Position numbers and translations under genes: made by a program. A DNA stretch of 63,731 nucleotides, filler included, from Choristocarpus tenellus KU-1152 (Eukaryota; Protista; Phaeophyceae), in assembly GCA_964200185.2 (NCBI GenBank). It is 10 parts of 10 records of this genome, joined end to end, with 100 filler letters (N's around TTAATTAATTAA, not from the genome) between each part and the next. Parts side by side here need not be neighbours in the genome. Positions count along the whole stretch, not along the records: positions 11,604 to 18,450 come from CAXNAD020007224.1; positions 18,551 to 27,306 come from CAXNAD020004363.1; 8 more parts are not named here. The stretch is one strand, 5' to 3'. The notes below the pieces were generated by a model. That model made no database searches, was not told the DNA's origin, and worked only from the letters and a program-made list of their open reading frames with translations. Below, one piece after another: positions 11,755 to 25,320 of the stretch. Numbering within the stretch: the stretch's first letter is position 1; every line of letters begins with the position of its first letter.

Positions 11755-14700
11755 CTTCTCTTTCATGAAGGACATTAGCTGGTCGTATTCTGCACCATCT
11801 GACTCGCATTGCATAGCGCCATGTCGACCAGGGAACCAGAAGGAGGCCTCCCTATAGTACATTGCCAATCCAGAAGTATATTTTTGGACATGTATTAGTT
11901 GTTCTCTCTGTCAAACCAACATTGTGCTCAAATCAACACCGCTTTTCCAGTAGAGGACACTGCATTGACATCAAGTTTTCCAGAAGTGTGTTTCTCAGTA
12001 TGTTGGAACTACACCCTCTGCTCAACACTTAAGTGACGTTGTGGTTTATGATGTTGCAGGTTTACAGGGTCGAGGGTAGAATATAAATCAGGAGAAACCC
12101 AACTTCAAGTTATTCCCATAGACACATCAGGTGAAATTTTGAGGGGAATACTATTCCTTGGTGTGCACTGCTCACCAATTGTTCAGGCTCAGCAAATATA
12201 GAGCTTATTTTGACCCAGGTTCTGTATAGCTATTGACCAATCATAACTCAAATTCTATCACTGTCCACGAGTTGCCTACCTACAAAAATATGCACCAGGT
12301 ACTCAAGACTGAAACACATGGCACGCCCCATGATAACTAACAAGTCCAATTGGTCCCCTTCATTCAACCCCTTTGGACACACTACCTGCCAACTTGGGCA
12401 CTACAATCATTGAGACACAAATTTTCCCCAGAAATAAAGCCTGTGGAGCGGGGAAAGGCACCATGAAATTGATAAAGCTGCTGGCAAAAAGAGGAATGCA
12501 AGAAGTCAGCACTGCACACACATTCAGAGCATGTACTATATTGCCAGAGAATCAGGCAGGAACTACAGGAATATTTTCAGGCACCTGAAAAGGGTTGGAA
12601 CTGCAACAAATGGCAAACCTTGAAATGCTCTGTAATTGAGAAAACATTATTTCGTCCTTTGTTTTAGCAGTATATTCGAAATTAAAGTGAAAGAAAAATC
12701 ATCAGTAAAGAAAGATGCCAAGTCCAGGCATATGATCTCCTCTGCTGCAGGGAACTTGTGCTATAAGTCGAAGTTTCCCTACGGCTTTGAGAAACACTGT
12801 ATGAATGCCCTAGTTTCTCTCACGTAGTAGCTATTCGCCTAAGAAATTGTTCATATAGTCTTGATACCACCAAGACCCACCAACATACCTGTCTCCATTA
12901 TATGGCCCTTCCTGACACTGTGATGAACTTCAATCACCATACTATTCTGAGCTAACCACTACTAGGAGTACATACCAAAGATCTTTGATAGACAATCGCA
13001 CCTTTCTGCACTTTTCTGGTTCCAGCTTCCATGTGTCGCATTGTGAATGATATCTGTGCCAAACATTGCACGAAGGGACTGGGCCGCAGACCTCTTGGCC
13101 TACCAGATTGTTTGGTGCAATAGAGTTTAGCGTAATCAATCGAGTCTAGACCTATGTTTGGGTACTGCATGTGAGGAGAAATGCTGGGAAATAAGGTGTA
13201 TGATTGTTTTAATTGTTTTAGGACATCGATTTTGATGGAGAAAAGTGGTAGCTAGAGATTTAGAAACGTTGTTGTGCATTCTCGAGACTGTTATGGATTT
13301 ACAACAGAATGTGCTGTGAATTAATGCGGCATGTGCCAATGTGTCACCATTACTGGTAAGTGATGAGTGAAAGTATCTTAAAGGGTACGAGTTTTGCCCT
13401 GTTTGTCCATTAGCGGCTTGGCTTCCCATGTGATTTTTTATGACATTGTTCTACTCCAAAATGTGTCAGAGTAGGTAAAATGTATACGTTATGAACAGGT
13501 GTGTCCAGAACAAGGATATTGACACTTCCCGATTAACACAATAGCCGAAATCACATCAAAATCGCAACATTGGATTTTCGCCCCCAAATGGACGCGGCCC
13601 TACCCTATAAGATACTTTGGCTCTGATGTGTACACTCATTTGCTCGTTTTTTGTCATTTTTATGATCTTCGACAAAATGGCAAAGCTCCCAAAAAAAAGA
13701 AAAGGTCGGGTTTGCTATCAAATATTTTGAGACGATTCATTTTTGGCCTCCTGATTAGACACACGACCTGAATCCGCGGCGAAACAACATACCTCGCTTT
13801 ACAAGTCTCAAAGGAGCTTTTCACACACCAATGGAATCACTGTGATCATGATGTCTACCCAATTCAAACACACACAGTCCCACCTTGTGATCCTAATGAT
13901 GGCTTGAAATATGCATATTATCCGTTCAAAAATCTCCATCATCCATACTTTCCCATAATTCTACATGGCCCTATATGCACAAAAGTCTTGCACGTTAGGC
14001 AATTAGGAGACATTTGATCTCAGCAGGAGATCCTTAACCACTCACGAAGTGTGATGTTTCATATCTAGCTTGGAGTACCATTGTTCCTCATCACTAAGTC
14101 CGACCTGTTCTTCCAGGACTTAGTCGAAGAATGGCATGAACAGAAATTCACACTGTACAAGGATAGAATATCCCGATTGGCACATAGGGATAGCAGTATG
14201 CTTTTACAATGTAACTTCACGAACACTCTCATCTTGGTAGAACCTCTTCACGAACATGGTGACCGTAGGAAAGAAATGAAATGCTGCGGTCAGACACCCT
14301 CCATAGTTCACCTCTCCAATGTACTTCAGTAAGTGTATGTGTGCCTTATCCTCTAGTATTTTCTCAATATTTTGAGCAATGAAACGGTTTAATAGTAAGG
14401 CAAAGTCACCCTCTGACAGGGTGTTGCTGTCCTCTGGATCTTCTCCAGCAGACTTTGTTCTTGTTCCATTTTTTTCTCTCCATAACAAAAACACAAACTC
14501 CAGGGTACATATCGATCTATGAGATACCTCAATGGGATCTGTTGGGCCCATCAGTGCCCTCCAGGCCTCAACTGCGGCCACGCGCTCTAGCAAAATCGCA
14601 GTAGTCTGCCCTCCACTGGACATATACAATGAGATAGCAGGAAGCACACTGTTTCCACCAGTGTCATCACTCTTGCCATCGCTATCACTTCCATCCTCCT

Positions 14701-16873
14701 GGTAAAATGCTTGTACCTGCTGCTGCGTCATCACCTATCCACAGAGTATGAAGTAGAAATGGCACCTGTGACATATGCGTGCAACCTTAATCATACCTCC
14801 AAAGTAATTTCCAATCAACACTAGGTAGATCTGTTTGCTGTAGTAGATCATGATTCCTTTCAGTATTGAAATTATACTATAATCCAATCCAAAAATTATT
14901 TCATCTCTTTTGATATTATTATACAGAAAATTACAACCACTTCCAAGTGTTTTTGCTGAATTGCTCCAGAGCTCTGAACACCACTAACATAGTCCAGAGG
15001 TCGCACACCTGTGTGGTTGTCTTCAGAATTTTGAATCCGTGGGCGGCCAATATGCTAAGTATTGCACCTGAGGATAGCGCATGTGCATCATGGTGGAGTA
15101 AGCAACAGGGCAGGCTACTATTAACAAGAGTCTCACAGTGAATGAAAGCCCTATCTTTAAAAAAGGTTAAGTTCTGCTTCTGTATTTACACAGGAATGGA
15201 CACCAAAAGAAATATTGTTTCATGGCATATATATATATGCTGCTAATATCGCTTAACAGCACATCATCCGTAGCTAATGCCAGCTATACAGTGTAGAGCA
15301 ACCCATGAGTTAGTCGTCCATACCTTCGACCTAAATTCTTGCAAACTCAAGTTCTTTGTATTATATTGCTAACTTTCACTTTTGAAGGTGAGGGTGCCAA
15401 CTAGAAGCTCATGTCAATCCTTGACTTGCGTGTCCTATTTCACTTTATTGATGTAAAGAAAAGGAAAAAATCTTCTTCAGATGCATTCACTTAGAGTGCC
15501 AACACTTGTCAATAACCACAAATTCAGGCAACAAACATTTCCAATGCCTTACACAAATATGTCGGGCATAAAAATATGGCAGACTGCCGATTTTCCTGTG
15601 AAATCAGAGATATATGCTGAATATGTATGGAGGGATTGTTGAGCCAGTTTGACGGATTATGGTTCACCACTACCAGTGTCTTTAACTGGCACCCCAACTA
15701 ACCAATAGGTCAATTTACGCCCTTAAGCCGAATCGAAATGGATGCCTTCTTTTCTCATCTTATACCAAGAATGAGTGGCTTAGATAAGTGTTCACACCAT
15801 TTGCTGTTTAGACTATTATGAACCTGCTTCTTTAATTTATGCTGGCTACTACGTCCTATGCCTTTCTATCAAGTCCTTCTATGTTAATTGTTAGGGATGC
15901 TCTTTACAAGCTATTATGTCCCTCCTTTTCTGGAGCACACTCTCCTGCTGTGTGGTAGCCCATAGCCAATCACAATTTCAGATGACAGGATTATCTTACT
16001 GGAACTTATCAAATCACGCAAACTTGGCACACCTCAATATGCACCCAACACAGCATTCTCTTCTCAGTCACCCCCGCCACTGGCCGATAAAATAGTCCCA
16101 TACAGTTCATACCCAAGCCTCACTATATTTCGACCTATAGTATTTTAGAGGGAGGCTCAGGTATCCATTTGGGGTCTGCGTGAACCTGTAGTGGTTTCCA
16201 TGTCATTAGAGTGAACATGTCAGATGTTACGGCAATTTCCTTCATCTGAACACACCTTCCTATTCCATCCCCTTGCCTAAACCAAATCCGAAGGAAATCA
16301 CTCCCAAGACAGGCATCAAAATGAGGTATCTTCCAACACTTCATCAAGCTCGAATGGACAACCTGAGCTAACCCCCCCCTCCCTCTAAGATACTATGGAT
16401 CTTAACTAACGAGATGAGGGTCAAGCAGTTGAATTCAACAAAATTTCACTTGTCACTTGTAATCTGATACCAAGTAACAGGCATCATATTTTGCTGGGAT
16501 ACCTCCAGTCCATCGACCTTTTTTTTCTCTACGCATGTGATTTGATATTATTATTTGACAAAAAAGCTGGAGGACCACTACTGATTTTTTCTGATGTCTG
16601 GCCTATTTGCGAACCCTACAAGTGATGGCAGTATCCAAAGGAGACATGGAAACACCATGAGCATTTAATCAATGTATGGGCTCCTTCACCTGAGTGGAGT
16701 TCTGATGGTCCAGGCTTGATGAGGGCCAGGGTGCGGCTGACTGGGAATCCTGTCGGGAAGCACAAGCCAAGCTCTCTGATTGCACTTCCAAAGGAATCGC
16801 TCCCGTGGACTGCATTGCCTGTCTTGTCTGTGCCATACAAGGCCCTTAGACTTGATGGACTTTCTTCCCTTGC
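11755..16873 (-). CDS. Multi-domain nucleoside diphosphate kinase (NME/NDK family), internal exons, partial at both ends
   Basis: Exons 16873-16690, 15067-15009, 14734-14528, 13099-13002 and 11851-11755 with consistent phases. Motifs: SLRALYGTDKTGNAVHGSDS..SA.RE, RTLALIKPG, AVEAWRALMGPTDP, and a second SLRAMFGTDIIHNATHGS..SAERE. Confidence 0.87.
13365..13623. mobile_element. MITE family A (Sola-like), intronic, TSD TGAT
   Basis: TIRs GAGTGAAAGTATCTTAAAGGGTA / TACCCTATAAGATACTTTGGCTC, with TGAT on both sides. Homologous copies occur elsewhere in the window. Confidence 0.85.
16132..16401. mobile_element. MITE family C, intronic
   Basis: Ends TATAGTATTTTAGAGGG / CCCTCTAAGATACTATGG. The interior is homologous to 48098-48371. 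Confidence 0.75.
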
Positions 16874-17304
16874 CTGTTTTGTATCACAGATAGTTGAAGT
16901 TGACCAAGAGATAGAACCGGGGTAGGAATGCGTTGAAGGTGGTTATGCAATGAGGCTGGGGTAAGGGTCGGGGACAGCACTGCCCATACGTTAAAGCTGC
17001 CAAAGCAGATCCTTGCTTACCTTTTACACTTCCACTCTGAGACCCACTGGACAGATGTCAATGTTATAGTAACTATATGGTCGAAAGTGCTTCAGAGTAC
17101 TAGGAACAATAGTCCTTTGCTAACTATTAGCAATACAAAAACGTTCATAGTGCTAGAGACTAGAATTCGGAAATATCATTAAATTGATCATGCCGGTTCC
17201 TAGAAATACTAGAAAATTATTAGTGGTATATTCTGGCATGATTCAATACTGTCATGTGCTTGGTACAATGTGACCATGTGGATTTCATTTTGTTATAATG
17301 GTTG

Positions 17305-17561
17305 GAGCCAAAGTATCTTAGAGGGTAGAGCCACGTCCATTTGGAGTCAAAATCCAATGTTGCAATTTTGATGTAATTTTGGCTATCATGTTTATTAGGA
17401 GATGTCAATATCCTTGTTCTGGACACACTTTTTCATAACATATATATTTTACGTACTCCGAAACATTTTGGAGTAGGTAAAATGTTATCAAAAAACCGTG
17501 GGAACCAAGCCCCAAATGGACAAACAGGGAAAAACTCGTACCTTCTAAAATACTTTCACTC
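17305..17561. mobile_element. MITE family A
   Basis: TIRs GAGCCAAAGTATCTTAGAGGGTA / TACCTTCTAAAATACTTTCACTC. Flanks GTTG/TTTG (TSD with one mismatch). Confidence 0.85.
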
Positions 17562-18391
17562 TTTGTAGGTATAACATCGCTCATTGTTTCTCTCTTTTTG
17601 TTTGGGCTACAGAGCTCTTTCGTGCTTGTAATCATGGGAACAAGGCCTTTTCAAGGGGTTGTACTGCAAGTATATGTCTTTATGCACTTTGTGGATACAA
17701 GCACTGGAAACAATGCCATCAGTATCAGTAACATACAACAAAATACAAAGTGGCAAGATTGGATGCAGGTCATATTGCTCTTGCTTTGATCAAGCCTTTT
17801 CAGGTATGGTACACTAGTATAGGGGTCCTTCCACATGCTGAAGTGGGTAGTACATAGACTAAGGTTCAAGCTTCAGACACTAGAAAAACTGCGTTTGAGA
17901 CTTGATATTTCAGTAAATTGTTCAAGTGGTCAATTGAATATTTAGGAAAAGGACACTTCAGTCCAGGTGTGTACTCTGCCTGAGAAAGGCTTTGTTTTAC
18001 AGACAACATACGTTGTTTTGGAGTAGGGAGATTTCCCCAGCCATTGAACCCTGCTGTATACAAACAAGGAGTTAAGAGTAGATAAGTGGTACCCAGAGTT
18101 GCATTAAAATGATGCTGACAAATATATGCAAAATTTGACTTTTTTAGAAGTGTGCATGGGAGATTTTCTGAATTGTGTTGGAAAAGTCTAATATAATAGA
18201 CAAATGAAAATATCCTCAAGTCAAACTTAGATCTTCATCCATAGAATTATGGGTAATTCGCAATGGATTGAAAAACAGACTTAAAGTGCAAAACCCCCAA
18301 AACCTGGGTACCTCTCATTTACTTCGAGCCAATGTTGGCATGCTTATCATTCCACTCCATTTTTCTTGGTAATATGACCGGTTCTGTTAGG

Positions 18392-18450
18392 GAGCCAAAA
18401 TATCTTAGAGGGTAGAGCTGTGTACATTTGGAGGTCAAAAACCAATGTTG
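18392..18450. mobile_element. MITE family A, partial (cut by spacer)
   Basis: Begins GAGCCAAAATATCTTAGAGGGTAGAGC, matching the end of the copy at 17305. Confidence 0.75.
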
Positions 18451-18815
18451 NNNNNNNNNNNNNNNNNNNNNNNNNNNNNNNNNNNNNNNNNNNNTTAATT
18501 AATTAANNNNNNNNNNNNNNNNNNNNNNNNNNNNNNNNNNNNNNNNNNNNCCCCCTCCAACACAAAAAAATACCCGCAAGTTTCGTATGGCCAATAGAAC
18601 GAAGACACCCCCCTCCCTCCCCCCCCCCCCTGCCAAAAAAGTAAACGAGTACAGCTTGCCTGTCCCTTAGCTGGCCCCCTCCTCAGTTACAACAACACAC
18701 TACAAAATAAGATTACGATACGATTATGAATCAAGAAAAAACTATTGTCATCCAAATTCCTCTAGGCTTCGAATCATTGCACACTGGGCACCGATTGATT
18801 GTTACGGGATTGTGC

Positions 18816-21800
18816 CTACATACCGCAACGCTTCATGCCACGTGACTTATGCCGTGCACAATGCGTTGCCACGAGACTGCGCTTGTTCCCACGGGTCCTG
18901 GCACCGGAGGACGAGCACCCACGACCAAGGCCTGTACCAGTACCAACTGCAGCGAACCTAGGGTAAGCGTTGCACTTCGGATGTACGCATGAAAGTGCTG
19001 CAGTTAACAACGCTGCTTCTCCCACCCTGCCCTTTCTCGCCAAAGGTCTCCTGTTGACGTTCCCTGTCCTCCCAGATCTCCTCCTGATGGCTGCTGTTCC
19101 CCTGTTTGTGGTGGCAGCCTTGGAACCCTCGGTGCTAGCGGAGCCGGCTCTATTCGCTTGGTAAGCATCAGGCTTGGGGGTTTCTCCGCACAGTTTTCGC
19201 TGCTCCTTTGTAGAGGTGGACGCCTCTGCTGTCTTGCAAAACCAATTCCAAACCCAAGATGGCTTCTTTCCCTCAGTCTCCGTGCAGGACCACTTGTCTT
19301 CAGTCTTCTCCTTGGGTACCAGAGGTGATGTTGTCCTAGGGATTGCTGTAGCACTCATCTGAACCTGTGGCAACAAACCCGGAGCCTTCCCATAGCCATT
19401 GTCCTCCAATTCATCATTCTTGGTGCATACACCCTGCTGCTGATGGCTGGCCATTTGATAAGTTTGACTGATTTCTTCCTGATCGGAGGTATCCCGTCCT
19501 TTCGCACCCTCCAAAGAGTCAACCCTTGTAAAGTCCACCTTTTCGGATACAACCCGTTTCTCCATCTCACAGAAATGACAATTGTCGGTCGCGGAAGCAA
19601 CGTCATATGACAGGCGAGGCCTCTTGCTCACTGGATAGTCACAATACTGATCTGCTGAATCTTGTCCCCCCCCCTCCTCATCACCTCCTCTCCCACGCTG
19701 ATTGGGACTCTGAGAGACATCAAGGTGAGAAGTCTTCCTCCTGAGATTCCCACCAACTTGCCCACACTTCCTCCTGCTAGCAAGTTCACGTCCCCACCCT
19801 CTCCCCCGCCCCAAGCTCCGGCCACTTGGGTTTCCCTTCCTATGAGGCGTTGGGGACAACTCAGTGATTGCTGACTCTCCGACCTTCGCCTCACTCTGCG
19901 AACCCTCAACGTCCCCATCAAGATTTACATCCTCCTTTGTGTCCTGATCCCTTCCTTTCCCGAACTGGAACAGCACCCCTAGGACGAGTCTGATTCGGGT
20001 ATACAGTGGTTGGACTGGCTCTATTACCGGGACCGCCACTTGATACAGGACTGCGCCATCCCCTTCACCCATGGGAGCTGCTACTGGGGTTTCCGCGTTT
20101 GTCGTTGCGGTCTCAGCAGCAACCATGGCTTCGTGGATGTTGGTGGGGGGTACCGATGCCGCTTCAAGGGTATCATCAATGGACGTATCGATCGACGCTT
20201 CAGGGAGATCACCAAGGGCGGGAGCGGCGGTGGTCTCTGTGACTGCTTCCGCAGTAAATCCCGCTGCTGCACTTGGGTCATCAGCACCATCGCAATCAAG
20301 AACTTCCTCAGAGTCGTAAGTATCATTCAAATCAAATACTTTGTTGTCTTGAGCACTGTCATCGGCATCCTTACCCTCCTGCGCAGATGCAGGGTTAGGG
20401 CTAGAAGCGGATTCCTCCCGGATCTCAGCCTTCCCCTCGTTAGCAGGGGCCGAGGGCGAGGCATCAGCACAGGCCTCCTCATGGCTGGAGGCGAGGGTCC
20501 TCGACTGTCCGCCATTGTTGCTCCTCCTACTTCTCCTCAGCCCCTGCCTTCGAGGACCCTGAGGATGATGGCGAGGGCTCCTAGTTATGGGGCTAGTTCT
20601 CCCCTCTTCCAACTTCTTTCTTTTCAACCTCCTCCCTGGTTTGGTGGTCAGGGTAGAGACACAAGAAGACCCGTCCGTTAACTCCTCCGCAGCAATAACA
20701 TACTGCCTTCCGGAGGGGGGGGATGAAGAGACAGAGATGGAGAGGCCACTGTCAGTCCTTGTGCTATCAATTGCAGTCGCAGCGCAAGAAGGGCGCAGTG
20801 TCACTGCCTCGAGCGTCCCTGCCGTGCTTCCCATTTCGCCTTCCCTGCTCCCTCTGTTTTCCTCTTGTTCCCCGCCTGGGCTGGCCGATTTGAGGTTGAC
20901 GTTCTCAGAGGACGTGGTGGTGACGTCACTGGTAGTTGTGCTGGCGAAAGCGTTAACAAACTTACTGTTTTTGACATAATCTTCCTGCCTACGCCTCCTC
21001 GCTGAACGAGTCGATGATCTCATGCCCCATCCCAACGGAACCCCTCCTCTCCCCTCCCTGACAACTGCCTCGGAATTATTCTTTCCGTTGCCATCAGGAC
21101 CCTCGCTGCCGCAGTTGAAGTCAAGACCAGGAGAAGGGAAGTAGGGGTGGCGGGCCGGCAGACAGGGGGCCGGCAACATCGCCTCGTCTTTTTTCCCTGT
21201 GCGCTCCTCTTCGCCTTGCCTTGCCCCCTCCAAACTGCCTCCTATCCCTGACAATGCATCAAGCTTAATCACACTGACAATGCCACCAGCTGTAGTTGGT
21301 ACTCCCACCGTTGCTACACCTCCAGCATAGTCCCGGAAGCTGAGCGTTGGTGGTGGCGAGCTCCTCCCCAAAGGCTCAGTCTTCGACAAGAAGTCTCCCG
21401 AGGGAGGGGGTAGATGGCAGATGATGGAGTCTTCTCTCTCCCTGGTCAAGGCAACCGGTACCTCTGGGTCCCTCATCGCAGCCTTGAGTGTGCATGGAGT
21501 TTGGGTTTTTCCATCTAGGATAGTGTTGGGACTGGGATCTGGAAAGGGCTCAGGCAAGTAGGACGTCGATACTTCTGATGTACATGGTTGACAGTTGGGG
21601 AGGTAAGGGATAGTAGACTCGGCGGATTGCCCTGGGAGAGCTGCAGCGTAGTCCAAAGCCACAACATGGCCAGTGCCTGGGGTCAGGCCATCATGGCTTG
21701 TATTGTTTCGTGGTACAGACAGCACTGAGGTCATGGTAGGAGTCAATGACATGGAATGCGACATATTGGACTCCAAGATTGAGGCAGAAGAGACCAGAGA

Positions 21801-23692
21801 AAGCGCTGTCTGGGATGGTCCTGATTCTGTAGGTGAGATGGGGATTAGTGCCTTGACTAAGGAAGCAGCCTGTGGTGTGTTAGACTTGGACAATCCACCA
21901 TTTCGGCGATGCTGAGATCCTCTTGCACGTGCGGCATGATGTCCCTTTGCTGGGTTTGGTGGGGAGGAAGGGCCGTGAACAGATGCTGGGGTGCGCAGAG
22001 GTGATGAACTTGTTACATCTGTTATGTCACCATCATGCCCCTTCACCACACCTTCGGGCCTTCCCCCCTTGACCATGATTCCACTTCTGGAGATGGGGGT
22101 TGGAGGGGGTAGAGCAGATGAAGCAGGGGGTACAATATCTGGTGAAGGCGATTGCGATATTCCCATTCCTGCTCTAGGAACAGTGGTGGAAGTGGGGCAA
22201 GGGAGGGGCAAGGTAGACACACAGACCAATGAATTGGTGGTATCTCTATGCAGGCCCTGTACTGCTTGATCTTCCTCGCTCTGAGCCTTGTTCAAGGCTT
22301 CCTGCAGCCTCCAGATGCGGCGACCCCTGCTCCTTGCTCCACCAAATCCACCTCCCCCCCCTCCCCCAAGAGCCCTTCTACTCCCAGCCATAGCGTCAAC
22401 CAAGCTCATACTTCTTGTTCCTATGTTCACAGCACCCCTGGCCTGCGCCCTGCCTCTTGCAGCATTTGGGTCATTGCCACCATCCCTACTCTCTTCAATC
22501 TTTCCCAGGTTACCCTTGGCTTCTTCTGCCTTCATCCCTGTCTGCGAGGATGGTTGAGTTTGAGGGTGTTGGGGCTGGAGGTTCCAGCACTTTTGTTGTT
22601 GAAGAGCGGCTTGTAATCCTACCTCTTCCTTTATCCCTGAACAAACCGGGCCCTGTTTCATCGCTTTGATAAAAAGAGCTTGTTGGCGGGAGGAGGAAGG
22701 AGATTGTAGAGGGTGGGATGGCAAAGTGATTCAAAAGAGATGGGCAGCAGGTGTGGGCTCTGTGAGGGGGGGGGAGGGGGGAGTCCATTGCTTATTCCTA
22801 CTGTATGGGGGCTAAGCTTTGAAATTTTGGATTTTAGATGACAGTTCACCGGCAGTTTCCCTGTAAACTGCCTGTGAGTCCTCATGTTACGTAGTAGATA
22901 TTGCGGAGTGTGGAAGACCATACCTGAGGGTCCTGTTGCCTTATGGAGATGACGCGTTGTCCCACCCAAGGAGGGATTAAGGGGCGGCGCCAGCTGTGAA
23001 GACAAGCTTGAGTCACCCCTCTTTGGTCGCCTTTGCCGTCGAGTGGACTGGGGTGGGGGTCGCCGACCAGCTTTGCGCCACGGTATACTACCATCAGAGT
23101 CGTTGTCTTCATTCACTCCGATCTATAGAGAGATTGTGGGCGATGAATAGTACAGGGCGAGCCTGGAGAAGATTAGGATATAACAAGGAAACATGCTTGC
23201 ACCCCTGCACACAAAAATCGAATGACGCATTGATTTCTCTTCCATCTCATCAGCCACAAATAGGAGGGAATAGTGAGTTGTCGTTGCCAAGTTGATCAAT
23301 TACAGGGTACGAATAAGAGGTGGAATCCTCAAGCGTATCAATTTCGACCACGGGGTAGTAATTGAAATGTAGGTTCGTTGAGCGTATTATTAACAGTATC
23401 CAGTTCTCTTGGCGCAAAGGTATTTAAAAAGACCGCCAACTCTTGTACAATGCCAGTGCCAAGTCAACGGAATCTTAAATTGGTCTCTCGCTACGAAGTA
23501 CTTCAGAATTCTTCCATTTACACTCTATTGTCATCATACCTCGAAGGTGACCTTCTTTGCCATCCCGGAAACGTGATACGAGACGCCCTTTGCCTCCTTG
23601 TCTCCTGCCTGTTGTTTGATTAGAATAGACTTCGGGGTGGACACCGATGATGGCAACAACGGTTTCCTGATCGAATCCACTGCCATCATGTC
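18816..23692 (-). CDS. Large low-complexity protein with a C-terminal EsV-1-7-type Cys/His motif
   Basis: A 1302-codon open frame, probably one ~3.8-kb exon from ~22663 or 22678 to a GT donor after 18824, or to TAG at 18816. Phase-matching upstream exons are 23122-22924 and 23692-23540. The C-terminus CVHPKCNAYPRF...ATHCARHKSRGM fits the EsV-1-7 pattern C...C...P.F...C..H...GM. Confidence 0.75.
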
Positions 23693-25320
23693 CTGTCCAG
23701 CACTGAGAACTTGGTGTCGTTTATGGCAAGGAAGAAAACATAGAATGCCAGAGGCGTGGACAACTATGTAAGGACTGGTGGTCCCAATTGGTGTGCATAT
23801 GAACAATGGTACATACACAAGTCTATTCCATTTTTTTCAAATTTTGGAAATCCTAATAGATGGTGTAGTAGAAACCCTAATTATGAAAGCCATTTAAGGT
23901 GATGGAACTCTACCTACGCCAACCTCAGAGGATCGCCCTCAAATGGGTGAGGTGAAACGACTCCCATTAAGAACTCACTAAATGACCTGAAGACTACTGT
24001 AGACGTATATGCATATTGGAGATCTCCTAAAAGGCGAGTGCCTCACCCTTGATTTAATCCTTGGATCTAGTTAAGTGATGATTCATAGACTGATACCTTC
24101 AAATTTGACATAACCTAGGTGGCACTCAGACTGAAGAGAACGCCCAAAAGAAATCTTAGTAGTGACTCATTGCTACAACTCCGATGAAACGACGGAGTTA
24201 AAACGGGGATGGTGATGCATCGATCTGGTTAACCTTTGTCAATATCTGAGGAAATCCTTGATTATGTCTCTAGGCCGGTAAATTGTATTGTGCCTCTTCG
24301 TTACTGCTGACATTGAACGATGCCATTGCCTGCGGTTGGCGTTAGGGCGGAGATCCGATCCCAACAACCTGAAAGATATTCACTTTCTTGTGTCTTCAAT
24401 GACAGATAGGGAACCTTGTCCTTGCCCTTGCTTCAGACCCCCCCACGTGGAAAGTACTAGTACGAGAGCTTCACCCTGCAGTAACCTCAACAACACCTGA
24501 AGCCTGGCTCCATCCTTGCCTCAACAAGTGTTGGAGTAGTGAAGGGTTCATCGCCGCCCGATGAGCTCGTGAAATTGTCTTGTAGGATACAGGCAACCCC
24601 CAAAAAATTCTCCTTGCCCCGTTCTTATCTCTTCAAGCTTGCATCTTGCTTTACGCATGGTAGTAGGATAGCTTCATGAAGTGAGGTCAGAGAGATATCT
24701 TTATGCTTTTGGCCTCCTGGGGCTTGTTGCGGTTGGGGGACAGGAAATCGCACAGCTCAAACGGTTGGAGAGGTTCCTCCTACCTCTTGGTACTTCATGG
24801 TTGTGGGAAGGGGGTGAAGTTGAAGGAGTGAGGTCTGACCGGACAAGGCAAGGGGAAGGAATGTGAGTTCAAAAATTAGTATAAGCGGATAGTTTACAGA
24901 CTCTCTCACTTGCTTAGCCTAGGGCTTCAGGTAGGTTTGAGTTGTCGTTTTGATGTATGGATGGCTACTGCGGAAGCCTCCGTTGTTGTCCACCAACATG
25001 AGGCCATTGAGTCATTGCACACAAGGTGAAAGATGGTGGATAAGTGCTGGATTGTGTGCTGATAACGAGATGAGAGAAATAGAGAAAGGTAGTGCAAGAA
25101 CATTACAGTCACATTCACATCAAAGAGAACATAGGTAAACACCTTGCAGATGACCACCTGTTGTGCTGTGTCTTCGCAACGAGATAAGAACTGATCACAA
25201 CCTCCCATGCCTTGCCCAAGTTCTGCTTTCACCTCTAGTGCACGCCCATAAGCCCCATCCCAACTCTCACCACCCAGCCTATACTCCCTCTCCTTGTGCT
25301 GTAACTGCAAAAACGTCAGG

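Noticed and set aside
13700-14500. Coding-like extension of ORF 14204-14734
   Set aside because: The NDK exon ends at the donor after 14528. The remainder is intronic, possibly old TE sequence, and I could not assign it.
18970-22669. Many overlapping ORFs on the opposite strand or in other frames of the 1302-aa ORF (likewise 25326-27226)
   Set aside because: They are shadow ORFs of GC-rich low-complexity coding sequence with no independent motifs.
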